Source: Eledone cirrhosa
Lineage: Eukaryota
Assembly: GCA_964016885.1 (NCBI GenBank)
Contig: OZ024759.1
Coordinates: 9,920,001-9,984,000, forward strand
DNA length: 64,000 nt
Direction of reading: 5' to 3'
A model generated the notes under the pieces. That model made no database searches, was not told the origin of the DNA, and was given only the letters and a program-made list of their open reading frames with translations. Shown piece by piece: positions 39,611 to 52,451 of this stretch. Position 1 is the stretch's first letter. Each line of letters opens with the position of its first letter. The position numbers and the translations under genes are program-made.

Positions 39611-39986
39611 CATATATATAACTTGGATATGCTATTGTTACAAAGCAAACTAACAATTTTTTTATTTGTAGTTGCAGTCTGACTGCAATTCACTTACTCA
39701 TTTGTTGTATATATTTTACCATTTACTAATAAATACACCCTCTTATATAGTCATGAAAACCCCCTTCCACGGTCTCTAAGCTCACAAAGAGGAGGGGACA
39801 TCAAGTTAGATATCAACATTTATTCTGTCTGTTTCAATAAAAGGAAAGCTTTGAAATGATATAACTGCCACTTTCTTCCAGATAAGACCACTCTTTGGAT
39901 AGACAGAGTTGCTCTTGTATAAATGTTCAAAATAGCTGGTATCGCCTGGTGGTAATATAACAAATTCAACTGGTCCTTTAGCAGCA

Positions 39987-40415
39987 CCGTTTTACGTCCG
40001 TTCTTCCATGCTAGCATGGGTTAGACGGGTTGTCCTGTTGTGGGCAGTGTCCGGTCGGCTGACCTTGTCTTGCTCATACGGGAACTGATTCTAGCTCGAT
40101 TTCTACAGCTGGATGCTCTTCCTAACACCAACCTCATTTACAGTGAGTGCTGGGTGCTTTTTTTCGTGGCGCCTACACGTCCACTTCTACAGTGTGGGCT
40201 GGGTGCTTTTTTTGCCGTGGCACCTCCACGACCACTTTGCAGTGGAATGAAATGGACGCCAGTCCTATCATCTCATTTCTACAGCTGAGTAAACCGGAGC
40301 AATGTGAAATAAAGTGTCTTGCTCAAGGAAACTACGCATCACGCGGCCCGAGAATTGAACTCACAACCTTTCGATTGCAAGCCCAATGCTCTAACCACTA
40401 AGCCATGCGCCTTCC
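39987..40415 (-). mobile_element. CORE-type tRNA SINE with RTE tail
   Basis: Homologous to 19650. Confidence 0.8.
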
Positions 40416-42404
40416 TTATTCATAAAAAAGAACATTTATGTTCCTTTTTTTGAAATTTATATATTTCCTTTCAAGGAATGTATTTATACTCTCAGCTGCC
40501 TGCAATGGTATCTTTGGAATATTGTTAATCAATATTTTAGTAATCGACTGATATCAAAATCAGTAGTATATTGAAAAATGGAAAAATAGGGTAGGGGCGT
40601 TTCATGATTTTAATGGGACAAAAGGGGGCGTTTGTCCTAAATGTGTTGAGAACCTGTGCTCTATATTTACTATTGTATTTTCATGGTAAAGGCTTTATCT
40701 CGCATAACATTTACATTACTCTATATATACTATTGTATTTTCATGGTAAAGGCTTTACCTCACATAATATCTCACATAACATTTACATTACTCTATATAT
40801 ACTATTGTATTGTCACAGTAAAGCCTTTACCTCACATAATATCTCACATAACATTTACATTACTCTATATATACTATTGTATTGTCACAGTAAAGGCTTT
40901 ACCTCACATAATATCTCATAACATTTACATTACTCTATATATACTATTGTATTTTCATGGTAAAGGCTTTACTTCACATAATATCTCATAACATTTACAT
41001 TACTCTATATATACTATTGAATTTTCATGGTAAAGGCTTTACCTCACATAATATCTCACATAACATTTACATTACTCTATATATACTATTGTATTGTCAC
41101 AGTAAAGGCTTTACCTCACATAATATCTCATAACATTTACATTACTCTATATATACTATTGTATTGTCACAGTAAAGGCTTTACCTCACATAACATTTAC
41201 ATTACTCTATATATACTATTGTATTTTCACAGTAAAGGCTTTACCTCACATAATATCTCACATAACATTTACATTACTCTATATATACTATTGTATTGTC
41301 ACAGTAAAGGCTTTACCTCACATAATATCTCATAACATTTACATTACTCTATATATACTATTGTATTGTCACAGTAAAGGCTTTACCTTACATAATATCT
41401 CACATAACATTTACATTACTCTATATATACTATTGTATTGTCACAGTAAAGGCTTTACCTCACATAATATCTCATAACATTTACATTACTCTATATATAC
41501 TATTGTATTGTCACAGTAAAGGCTTTACCTTACATAATATCTCGCATAACATTTACATTACTCTATATATACTATTGAATTTTCATGGTAAAGGCTTTAC
41601 CTCACATAATATCTCACATAACATTTACATTACTCTATATATACTATTGTATTGTCACAGTAAAGACTTTACCTCACATAATATCTCATAACATTTACAT
41701 TACTCTATATATACTATTGTATTGTCACAGTAAAGGCTTTACCTCACATAATATCTCGCATAACATTTACATTACTCTATATATACTATTGAATTTTCAT
41801 GGTAAAGGCTTTACCTCACATAATATCGAATCTATGAGATTTTGATATTATTTATGTTGAGAAGGGCGGTGGATTGGCAGTCTCAGTAAAGCGTCAGAAA
41901 CCAGGATTCGCAGCATAGAGTTATGGCCCTTTACGTTCTGAGTTTAAATCCCGCCGAAGTTAACTTTGCCTTTCATCCTTATGGGGATCGATAAAATAAA
42001 GTACCAGTGATACACTGAGGTAATTGCTGGCCTTGCGCCAAAAGTAGAAACATTTATATTGAGAACAATACCTAAACAGCAGTAGGAGCGGTTGGTTACG
42101 GCCGGTTTGAACAGAAATAGGTGAGAGAATTCTGGCCGGTTATGGCTGGTTTAAATGCTAAAGGGTTAAAGAAGTCTTTTATTGATGAATGTTTATACTT
42201 TGAGCTGCACACTGTGGAATGCAATATATTTACTCAGAGACACCATCGACACACACCATTACCAGGCAGATTAAACAAAACACACAGAGACACACTATTG
42301 GTGAGTCACCAAGCAAGAGTTTCAATAATGCTTGGTGACATAAGAAACAACCTGAAAATGTATTCTTTAATTTTATTACTTGATAAAAATTTCTAACTTG
42401 ACTC

Positions 42405-42513
42405 AGAATGTTTATCTATAAAACATACAAATCTCTTGTATTATAAAACAACCTGTTTTATTTCAATGTTTATTTTATACAAGAGATTTTTATGTTTTAT
42501 AGATAAACATTCT
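42405..42513. repeat. ~45-bp-arm imperfect inverted repeat
   Basis: agaatgtttatctataaaacat / atgttttatagataaacattct. Confidence 0.8.
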
Positions 42514-42654
42514 TTAGGTTAGCCTGTAAGACATTGTGTAAGACCAGTTTAGCTCTCTTAAGTAAGGAAATCTTTTTATTTATTTATTTTCTGTATTGTG
42601 TGCAGAAGACTTACATAGATTAGAGAGAAATAAAACTTGCATACTTTGATGGAT

Positions 42655-43636
42655 GTCATCATCATCATCACCGTTTTACGTCTGTTCTTCCACGCTAGCA
42701 TGGGTTAGACGGGTTGTCCTGTTGTGGGCAGTGTCTGGTCGGCTGACCATGCCTTGCTCATGCAGGAATTGATCTGGCTTGATTTCTACAGCTGGATGCC
42801 CTTCCTAACACCAACCTCATTTACAGTGAGTGCTGGGTGCTTTTTCATGGCGCCTACACGTCCACTTTACAGTGTGGGCTGGGTGCTTTTTTGCCGTGGC
42901 ACCTCCACGACCACCTTGCGGTGGGGGGAGTGGGGGCATATTGTTTATATGCTTCAGCATGTACCCATGGGAGGTCGGGTACCCTGTATTACTGCGTGAC
43001 GCCAGAAGTCACGGTCGTGTGTCATTGACTTTGAGAGGTGTAATTGGGTAAGGTCGGCTTTTATCACCTCATCCCAAGTCATCTTGGGTCTCCCCACTCC
43101 GCGGTTTCCATCAACTTCTAGTGCTCTGCACCTTTTTATGCATGTGTAATAGTAATATACACGTGAACAACAAAGCATAAATGAACTGAGAAACTAGGCA
43201 TAAGAGGAATCAAATGCTGTGTGGAGGACAGGAGGTTGCATTGGTTTGGACACGTGATGTGTATGAAGGATGATAGCTGCATAAAAAGGTGCAGAGCACT
43301 CAAAGTCGATGGAAGCCTTGCAGTGGGGAGACCCAGGAAGACCTGGGATGAGGTGATAAAATCTTACCTTGCCCAACAGCACCTCTCTAAGGCAATGACA
43401 CAGGACCACTTTACAGTGTGGCCTGAGTGTTTTTGCTGTCGTGACATGGCTCTCCAGGTGAAACTGGAACCGTTAGAACCTTTAAGGTCTCATTCCTGGA
43501 TATGTCAATATTTATAAAACAAACTTTGTATTTTATCTGATGAGAGCGTACCAAAGTGTTGGTACCCTTGAAATATATATAATAGAATAAATATGGTTTT
43601 ATAAATATAGTTTCCATTTATTAATATCATTGATAT

Positions 43637-43668
<32 letters not shown>

Positions 43669-44355
43669 TTAACGGCCATCTTCCAAGCTTGCATGGGTTT
43701 GGACGGGAGTTTTCCCACTTGAGGCAAGAGTGGTTGTCTTGCTCGCATAGGACTGTCTGGCGGGTTTTCTACGGCTGGATGCCCTTCCTAGCACCAACCA
43801 CGTTTACAGTGTGGACTGGGAGGTTTTTACTGTGTTACCTACACGGCCACATTACAGCGTGGACTGTGTGTTTTATTGTCGTGACACCTACACGTCTGGC
43901 GGGTTTTCTACAGCTGGATGCCCTTCCTAACACCAACCACGTTTACAGTGTGGAACTGGGAGGTTTTTACCGTGTTACCTACACAGCCACATTACAGCGT
44001 GGACTGTGTGTTTTTTTTGTCGTGACACCTACACGACCTCATTTGTTTCGGGCTGGATGTTGTGGTACCAACATAACATTGAAAGGAGTGGTGTGGATGG
44101 GGTGGGGGTGGTGTGGATGGGGTGGGGGTAGTGGGACGGGGGTGTATTTTGTTAGAGGTGCCTACTGACTGTAGTAGGTTTCACTTTGTACTTAGGTAAG
44201 GCGGGTCTTCTGTATTACTGTGTAGCGCCAAAGATCTCGGTCCAGTGACATTGTCTTGGAGAGGTGTAAGTGTGTGAGGTCGGAATTTATCAAGTCGTCC
44301 CAGGTTTTTCTGGGTCTGCCTACTCCGTGGCTACCATCTATTTTTATTACCCTGC
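42655..44355. mobile_element. Cluster of RTE 3' fragments in both orientations
   Basis: GVGRPKMTWDEVIK, RLHWFGHVMCM, (cat)n tails. Confidence 0.8.
43529..43589 (+). ncRNA. Minimal type I hammerhead motif (same family as 34440)
   Basis: TATTTTAT-CTGATGA-GAGCGTACCAA AGTG TTGGTACCCTT-GAAATATATATA-ATAGAATA. Confidence 0.7.
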
Positions 44356-44536
44356 ACATATATCCAAAACAATTATTTTATCTGATGAACAGGCTAGACA
44401 TTTTTGGAAGAATCATCTAGTTTCTTCAAACCTTTGATAATGGAATAATTATACTGTGTTGTTTATTATGTAATTAAATAGCTCTGTACTATATATACCG
44501 CACTCTTTCCTTTACCTTTTCTATGGAAATACTTAA

Positions 44537-44585
<49 letters not shown>

Positions 44586-45068
44586 TAGATAGATACACAC
44601 ACACACAACTTATATAAAAACAGAGGGGGTAAAGAAAAGAGGGGACACTCAGTCCCAGACCTCAAGGGTCCTTTGTTGAAAATAATCAACAATTTGAAAG
44701 GATTTAGTAATTTAACTAACATTTTCATTATTAACCGTTTAGCATTTAAACCAGCCATATCCAGCCAGAATTCTCTCACCTCTTTCTGTTTAAATCGGCT
44801 ATAACTGTCCACTCATACTGATGTTAAGGTATTGTTCTCAAAATAAATAATATCAAAATCTCTCAGATTCAATACTATACTATTTCCAAGAAACAAGACA
44901 AAACAAGACTTAACTCTGGGGTTCATCCCATTATTTCTTCTCAACAGTCTTAAAATATATATTTTATTTTATGTTACTATGGAAATACGATACTAAATAT
45001 GTATGTATGTATATATGGTCCCATAACTCCTTGTAGACTCATAGGGGCGCCATATTGACATACAGTGT

Positions 45069-45438
45069 CCCTTTAGCATTTAAACCAGCCAGATCCGGCC
45101 AGAATTCTCTCACCTCTTTCTGTTCAAACTGGTCGTAACTGTCCATTAATACTTATGTTAAGGTATTGTTCTCTAAACAAATAATATCAAAATCTTGCAG
45201 ATTTAATATTATGTGAGATCATTATGTGAAATAGCATAGAGTTACGTCCCTTTATGATCTGAGTTCAAATCCCGCCGAGGTTAACAACTTTGCCTTTCAT
45301 CCTTACGGGGTCGATAAAATAAAGTACCAGTAATGTACTGGGTAATTGCTGGCCTTGTGCCTAAAGTAGAAACAATTATGTGAAATAGTGTTTACTGTGA
45401 ATAGTAAATATAGTATAATGTGAATGCTAAAGGGTTAA
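45069..45438 (+). mobile_element. TTAA MITE without array, with nested SINE
   Basis: ccctttagcatt ... aatgctaaagggTTAA. Confidence 0.7.
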
Positions 45439-45454
45439 GCTTGGCGGAGGCAGT

Positions 45455-46070
45455 CCATGCTTTTTCCTGCTTGCAAGGGTGGGACGGGTCTTATTCAGCA
45501 CAGCATCTCGCCACGGTCCTTCGTCATCTCCACCGTGAGCTTCAACGATCTGAGGTCTGTTCTCACCACCTCCGCCCATGTTTTTCGTGGTCTACCTCTA
45601 CCACGTCTTCCTTCCACTGGCATTTCCTGGCACTTCTTCACCCATCGGTCATCCTCCATGCGCATCACATGTCCATACCACCTCAGTCTCCTCTCCCATA
45701 CACTACATTCTATCCCTCTCAGACACAGTTTCTCTCTCAACACATCACATGTCCATACCACCTCAGTCTCCTCTCCCATACACTACATTCTATCCCTCTC
45801 AGACACAGTTTCTCTCTCAACACATCACATGTCCATACCACCTCAGTCTCCTCTCCCATACACTACATTCTATCCCTCTCAGATACAGTTTCTCTCTCAA
45901 CACATTCATGCTGGGTCGTTCACGCACATTGACATTGCACATCCAACAGAGCATGCTTGCCTCATTTCTCTCCAGCCGTCGCATATCCTCTGCAGTTTCT
46001 GCCCATGTCTCACTACCATGCAGCATCGCGCTCCTCACACGGGCATCATATAACCGGCCTTTCATAATGA
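45455..46070 (-). mobile_element. RTE LINE 3' fragment with 3 x 80-bp duplication
   Basis: MKGRLYDARVRSAMLHGSETW...RLRWYGHV. Confidence 0.85.
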
Positions 46071-46486
46071 ATATGCTAATGGATTAAGCTAGTGTTTGGA
46101 ACTTAAACCTTCTTATATAAAATTGTGATCAACGGTTTTGTTTTTGTTTTAGATAAATATAAGCATTTAAAATAAACAGATTTGTAATATAGAAACAGAG
46201 GCAATGCCCTATCATAGCCAAAGTCTGAAATCAGTAAAATAATGTGCATGTAAGAAGGAGCAGGAATTTGTAACTGGATGCATACCTACCTGCACAGATA
46301 ACAGTTTACCTGCTCCAGAGTTTAAGAATCTTTAGTGATAAACAACATTGATAATAATTCTCACACTTGAGAAATATTCCGACATAGGGCCCTTCCCCCC
46401 ATCTTAAAACTTCAGCCTTTTAACTCTTTTAATGTCAAACTACGAGGACTTGGCCCTCGTTGAATTTAACCTGTTTGTTTTAAAGT

Positions 46487-46832
46487 CATCATCATCATCA
46501 TCATTTCATTTTACATCCGCTTTTCCCTGCTTGCAAGGGTGGGACGGGAACTGATTCTGGCTTGATTTCTACAGCTGGATGCCCTTCCTAACACCAACCT
46601 CATTTACAGTGAGTGCTGGGTGCTTTTTTGACGTGGCACCTCCATGACCACTTTGCAGTGGAATGATATGGACCCCAGTCCCTATCATCTCATTTCTACA
46701 GCTGAGTAAACTGGAGCAATGTGAAATAAAGTGTCTTGCTCAAGGAAACAACACATCACCCGGTCTGAGAATTGAACTCACAACCTTTCGATTGCAAGGC
46801 CAATGCTCTAACCACTAAGCCATGTGCCTCCA
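46487..46832 (-). mobile_element. CORE-type tRNA SINE with RTE tail
   Basis: Homologous to 19650. Confidence 0.85.
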
Positions 46833-47059
46833 TGTGCCTCAAAGTGTTTATATTTATTCAAAAGCCTTCCATCACTGTTCCAAGTTTGAATTATTTTATA
46901 TCAAACTACCAACAACCGCCCCTAGTTCTACGATACTAAACCGTTTATTTTAAAACATTTATCTAAAACATTTATTTTAAAAAGTTCCATCATAATTTTA
47001 TGTAAGAACCTTTGTTAAGTTACGTTTCAAACACCAGCTTAATCATGAGAAAGCTACTA

Positions 47060-47710
47060 TCATCATCATCACTATTTAACGTCCATTTTTCCACACTAGC
47101 ATGGGTTAGATGAGTTGTCCTGTTGTGGGCAATGCCAGGTCAGGTGACCATGTTTTGCTCATACAGAACTGATGCTGGATTGATTTCTACAGCTGGATGC
47201 CCTTCCTAACACCAACCTCATTTACAGTGCATACATGGTGCTTTTTTACCGTGGTGCCTACACGACCACTTTACAGTGTGGCCTGGGTGTTTTTTGTCAT
47301 GACACCTACATGACCACTTTACAGTGTGGCCTGGGTGTTTTTTGTCATGACACCTACGCGACCACTTTACAGTGTGGCCTGGGTGTTTTTTGTTGTGACA
47401 CCTACATGACCACTTTACAGAGTGGACAGGGTACTTTTTTTTGTGACACCTACACGACCACTTTACAGTGTGGCCTGGGTGTTTTTTGTCAAGACACCTA
47501 CATGACAACTTTACAGTGTGGACTCAGTGTTTTTTGTCATGAACATACATGACCACTTTCCAGTGGGAGTGGGGTGGGGTCATACTCTCTATATGCTTCA
47601 GCTTCGGCTTATACCTGAGGGAAGTCGGGTTTTCTGTATTACTGCGTAACGCCAGAGGTCTCAGTCCTGTGTCATCGCCTTTGAGAGGTGCAATTGGGCA
47701 AGGTCAGCTT
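47060..47710 (-). mobile_element. RTE 3' tail with 40-bp minisatellite (47220-47562)
   Basis: Same unit family as 28300 and 31575. Confidence 0.8.
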
Positions 47711-47714
47711 TTCA

Positions 47715-48400
47715 AAATACTTCAACTCCACAGGCCTCTATGGTTTGTCCTGCCACCTGAATGCTGGTTGTTTCACATGCCACACCGAGCTAAACCTGAG
47801 CATTAAGTGGGCCCTGGCTCTGATAAATATCCCCTCAGTTCATGAGCCAGCTGGATTATCCAGAAATGATCGGAAGAGACCAGATGTCCTTATCCCTTGC
47901 CCCTGGGTAAGAAGTAGGTGTCTCCTCTGGGAAGCCACAGTCAGTGACTTTTTTGCTCCCTCCCACATTATGGGTCCGTGGTAAATGTGAGAATCACTGC
48001 ATCCATTGCCAAATGGAATAAAATCTGAAAATACTGGGAACTGTCAAACAATTATTTTTCCAGCCTGTGACATTTGAAATATTTGGTGAAGTTGGGCCAC
48101 TGACAGCAAAGTTCTTATATTTGGCAGCTCTCCTTACCAATGCCCGTGAGGGTGCCTGGTTATTTCAGCACCTTCACCTCACCTTACTGAGGTGTCAGGT
48201 GATACCCGTGAGGGTGCCTGGTTGTTTCAGCACCTTAGCCTCACCTTACTGAGGTGTCAAGTGATGCCCGTGAGGGTACCTGGTTGTTTCAGTACCTTAG
48301 CCTCACCATACTGAGGTGCCAGGTGATACCCCGTGAGGGTGCCTGGTTGTTTCAGCACCTTAGCCACGCCATCACCCATGGTAATATTGCGAGTATGTTG
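47715..48400 (+). mobile_element. CRE-like non-LTR restriction-like endonuclease fragment with 62-bp repeat
   Basis: HTELN.SIKWAL...EPAGLSRNDRKRPD...PW....LLWEATV.D. Confidence 0.75.
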
Positions 48401-48574
48401 TCTTGCCTCAAATTATTCCGTTGACCCTTGTCATGTGTTGTGTGACAGATTGTCACACTTGATTGTCACACTTGGTGGTCGTTTTTGTTTCTCTTTTTGT
48501 CTTTCTCTCGCTTTGATCGTTTATTTTGGTGTTATATTTGTGAGGTTCCTAGCAATAGTTAATTGTATTTATCA

Positions 48575-50155
48575 GAGTGTCAGACATGATTCTCGGCATA
48601 TAGTTACGGCCCTTTACGTTCTGAGCTCAAATACCGCCGAGTTTAGCTACTAAAGTACCAATAACGAACCAGGGTCGATATAATCGACTTTCCCCTTCCC
48701 GCAAAATTGCTGGCCTTGTGCCTAAAGTAGAAACAAGTGTACGTATTTATATTTTCATTCTGAAAGAATTGTGACCAAGTTATTTATACAACTGTGAATA
48801 AAACTATACATTTCTGTCTCTTTTCAAAACTATTTGAGATCCACGAAGCTTTTTTTTTCAGTAGAAATGTAATAACGAACGGGAATTATCAGTATCAGTT
48901 AATGGTTGGACGCCATGCTTTGTGGCACAGAGTTATAGCCCTTTGCGTTCTGAGTTCAAATCCCGCCGAGTTTAACTTTGTCTTTCATCCTTACGGGGTC
49001 GATAAAATAAAGTACCAGTCATACACTGGAGAAATTGCTGGCTTTCTGCCAAAAGTAGAAATAATTATATATAGTGTTTAACTATAATATGACACCCTGC
49101 TTCGCAGCATAGAGTTAAGACCCTTTACGTTCTGAGTTCAAATCCCGCCGAGTTTAACTTTGTCTTTCATCCTTACGGGGTCGATAAAATAAAGTACCAG
49201 TCATACACTGGAGAAAAATTGCTGGCTTTCTGCCAAAAGTAGAAATAATTATATATAGTGTTTAACTATAATATGACACCCTGCTTCGCAGCATAGAGTT
49301 AAGACCCTTTACGTTCTGAGTTCAAATCCCGCCGAGGTTAACTTTGCCTTTCATCCTTACGGGGTCGATAAAATCAGGGCCGGATTTAGATTTGATGAGG
49401 CCCTAAGCTATTTGAGATAATGGGGCCCTTTATATGTCCAAATGTCCTATGTCAGCGACAAATTGTCGCTGTTTTTTGTGTGGGGACCCTAAGCTATAGC
49501 TTGTTTAGCTTATACGTAAACGTAAATCCCACTCTGGATAAAATAAAGTACCAGTAATGCACTGGGTATTTGCTGGCCTTGTGCGAAAAGTAGAAACAAT
49601 TATAATAAATGTGTTTAACTATAATATGACACCCTGCTTCGCAGCACAGAGTTAAGACCCTTTATGTTCTGAGTTCAAATCCCGCCGAGGTTAACTTTGC
49701 CTTTCATCCTTACGGAGTCGATAGTCGATAAAATAAAGTACCAGTAATGCACGGTGGGTAATTGCTGGCCTTGTGCCAAAAGTAAAAACAATTATATATA
49801 GTGTTTAACTATATGACACCCTGCTTCGCAACATCGAGTTAAGACCCTTTACGTTCTGAGTTCAAATCCCGCCGAGGTTAACTTTGCCTTTCATCCTGAC
49901 GGGGTCGATAAAATAAAGTACCAGTAATGTACTGGGGTATTTACTTGCCTTGTGCCTAACGTAGAAACAATTATATATAGTGTTTAACTATAATATGACA
50001 CCCTGGTTCGCAGCACAGAGTTAAGACCCTTTATGTTCTCAGTTCAAATCCCGCCGAGGTTAACTTTGCCTTTCATCCTTATTCATAAAATAAAGTACCA
50101 GTGATGTACTGGTGAAAATTACTGGCCTTGTGCCAAAAGTAGAAACAATTATTAT
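48575..50155 (+). mobile_element. Tandem array of Meta-core SINE units (~7 copies)
   Basis: Each unit carries the same non-SINE linker atatagtgtttaactataatatgacaccctg. Confidence 0.85.
49375..49536. mobile_element. 162-bp hAT (Tip100-like) MITE
   Basis: cagggccggattta ... taaatcccactctg with 8-bp TSD GATAAAAT inside a SINE core. Confidence 0.85.
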
Positions 50156-50394
50156 TTCTGTTAAACATGGTAAATAATGTATTGGTAGAGAGGCTTCAGT
50201 TAAATATCGATACAGCTCCAAGGTAAACATAAAGCTGTGCTAAATATCATACGTAATAAAGAGTTAACTCTAGACATGGTATAAACATGGAAGTTTTTCT
50301 GTGGTTAAGGCCGGACACTTTGACAAATCGGGGAACGCATATTTGTCATCACATATTGAAGTGACATTACTGTGCTGGTGTGTGGATGGGTGTA

Positions 50395-51875
50395 CGTATA
50401 TATATATATATACACCCGTGCGTATATATGTGTATATATGTATGTATGTATACATATATATACATACACCCGTGCGTATATATGTGTATATATGTATGTA
50501 TGTATATATACATACACCCGTGTGTATATATGTGTATATATGTATGTATTTATACATACACCCGTGTGTATATATGTGTATATATGTATGTATGTATGTA
50601 TACATATATATACATACACCCGTGCGTATATATGTGTATATATGTATGTATGTATATATACATACACCCGTGTGTATATATGTGTATATATGTATGTATT
50701 TATACATACACCCGTGTGTATATATGTGTATATATGTATGTATGTATACATATATATACATACACCCGTGTGTATATATGTATGTATGTATATATACATA
50801 CACCCGTGTGTATATATGTGTATATATACATACACCCGTGTGTATATATGTGTATATATGTATGTATGTATATATACATACACCCGTGTGTATATATATA
50901 TGTATGTATACATACACCCGTGTGTATATATGTATGTATGTATATATACATACACCCGTGTGTATATATGTGTATATATGTATGTATATATATATACATA
51001 CACCCGTGTGTATATATGTATGTATATATACATACACCCGTGTGTATATATGTATATATACATACACCCGTGTGTATATATGTGTATATATACATACACC
51101 CGTGTGTATATGTGTATATATGTATGTATGTATATATACATACACCCGTGTGTATATATATATGTATGTATACATACACCCGTGTGTGTATATATGTATG
51201 TATGTATATATACATACACCCGTGTCTATATATGTGTATATATATATATGTATATATACATACACCCGTGTGTATATATGTATGTATATATACATACACC
51301 CGTGTGTATATATGTATGTATATATACATACACCCGTGTGTATATATGTATGTATATATACATACACCCGTGTGTCTATATGTGTATATATATATGTATA
51401 TATACATACACCCGTGTGTATATATGTATGTATGTATACATACACCCGTGTGTATATATGTATGTATGTATATATACATACACCCGTGTGTATATATGTG
51501 TATATATGTATGTATATATATATACATACACCCGTGTGTATATATGTATGTATATATGTATGTATATATATATACATACACCCGTGTGTATATATGTATG
51601 TATATATACATACACCCGTGTGTATATATGTATATATACATACACCCGTGTGTATATATGTGTATATATACATACACCCGTGTGAATATGTGTATATATG
51701 TATGTATGTATGTATATATACATACACCCGTGTGTATATATATATGTATGTATACATACACCCGTGTGTATATATGTATGTATGTATATATACATACACC
51801 CGTGTGTATATATGTGTATCTATATATGTATGTATATATACATACACCCGTGTGTATATATGTGTATATATATAT
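50395..51875. repeat. Compound microsatellite punctuated by catacacccgtgtg
   Basis: Variable TA/TG runs between a fixed motif. Confidence 0.92.
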
Positions 51876-51964
51876 AATAATAATAAATTTGAAGATCCCG
51901 TTAAGGGTGAAAGCAGCGATTCTTTCCTTAAACTTTAATCTGTTATTTTAATAAATATATATAT

Positions 51965-52003
<39 letters not shown>

Positions 52004-52396
52004 CATTGTTTACCACATATACACACATGCTCAGCACACACACACACACACATCTAAGTTTGTTCTGGGATGGATGTAAAAAAATGTCTATGCCAACAAA
52101 ATAGTAAAAAAACATGTTTTTGATTTGCTATCGAAACGGCAAGAGCTTAGCCGAAGGGCATGAAATCCTTAGTTTTCCTAAAGTAGAGTTCTATGTTGTC
52201 CGAGGTATGGCTCGATGTTTTGTAGAGCCACGGCTTTCTAAATGTTTATCTATAAACATACCGTATTTCTTTAGAAACACGAAATTTCAATACATATCTG
52301 TATACATATCAGCTATACATGAAGCTAAATCCTAATTATATATATATATATATATATAACTCAACTCAGATTTACACACAAACACACACACACACG

Positions 52397-52449
<53 letters not shown>

Positions 52450-52451
<2 letters not shown>

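Larger units (their letters stand above)
37597..40658 (+). mobile_element. Buster/Charlie-type hAT transposon, internally deleted
   Basis: TIRs (taa/cac)aggttctcaac; 8-bp TSD CTCTATAT at 37589-96 and 40659-66. Confidence 0.88.
37370..42169 (-). mobile_element. TTAA MITE with 72-bp array, split by a hAT insertion
   Basis: TTAACCCGTTAACATT at 37370; the array resumes at 40659; gctaaagggTTAA ends at 42169. Confidence 0.75.

Noticed and set aside
44371-44450. Hammerhead-like motif with 11-bp stem I
   Set aside because: GAAA is mutated to CAAA; treated as a dead copy and not listed as a ribozyme.
50270-51951. Multiple >400-aa ORFs and a CRISPR-like fixed motif with variable spacers
   Set aside because: Spacers are TA/TG microsatellite, the context is eukaryotic and there are no cas genes.
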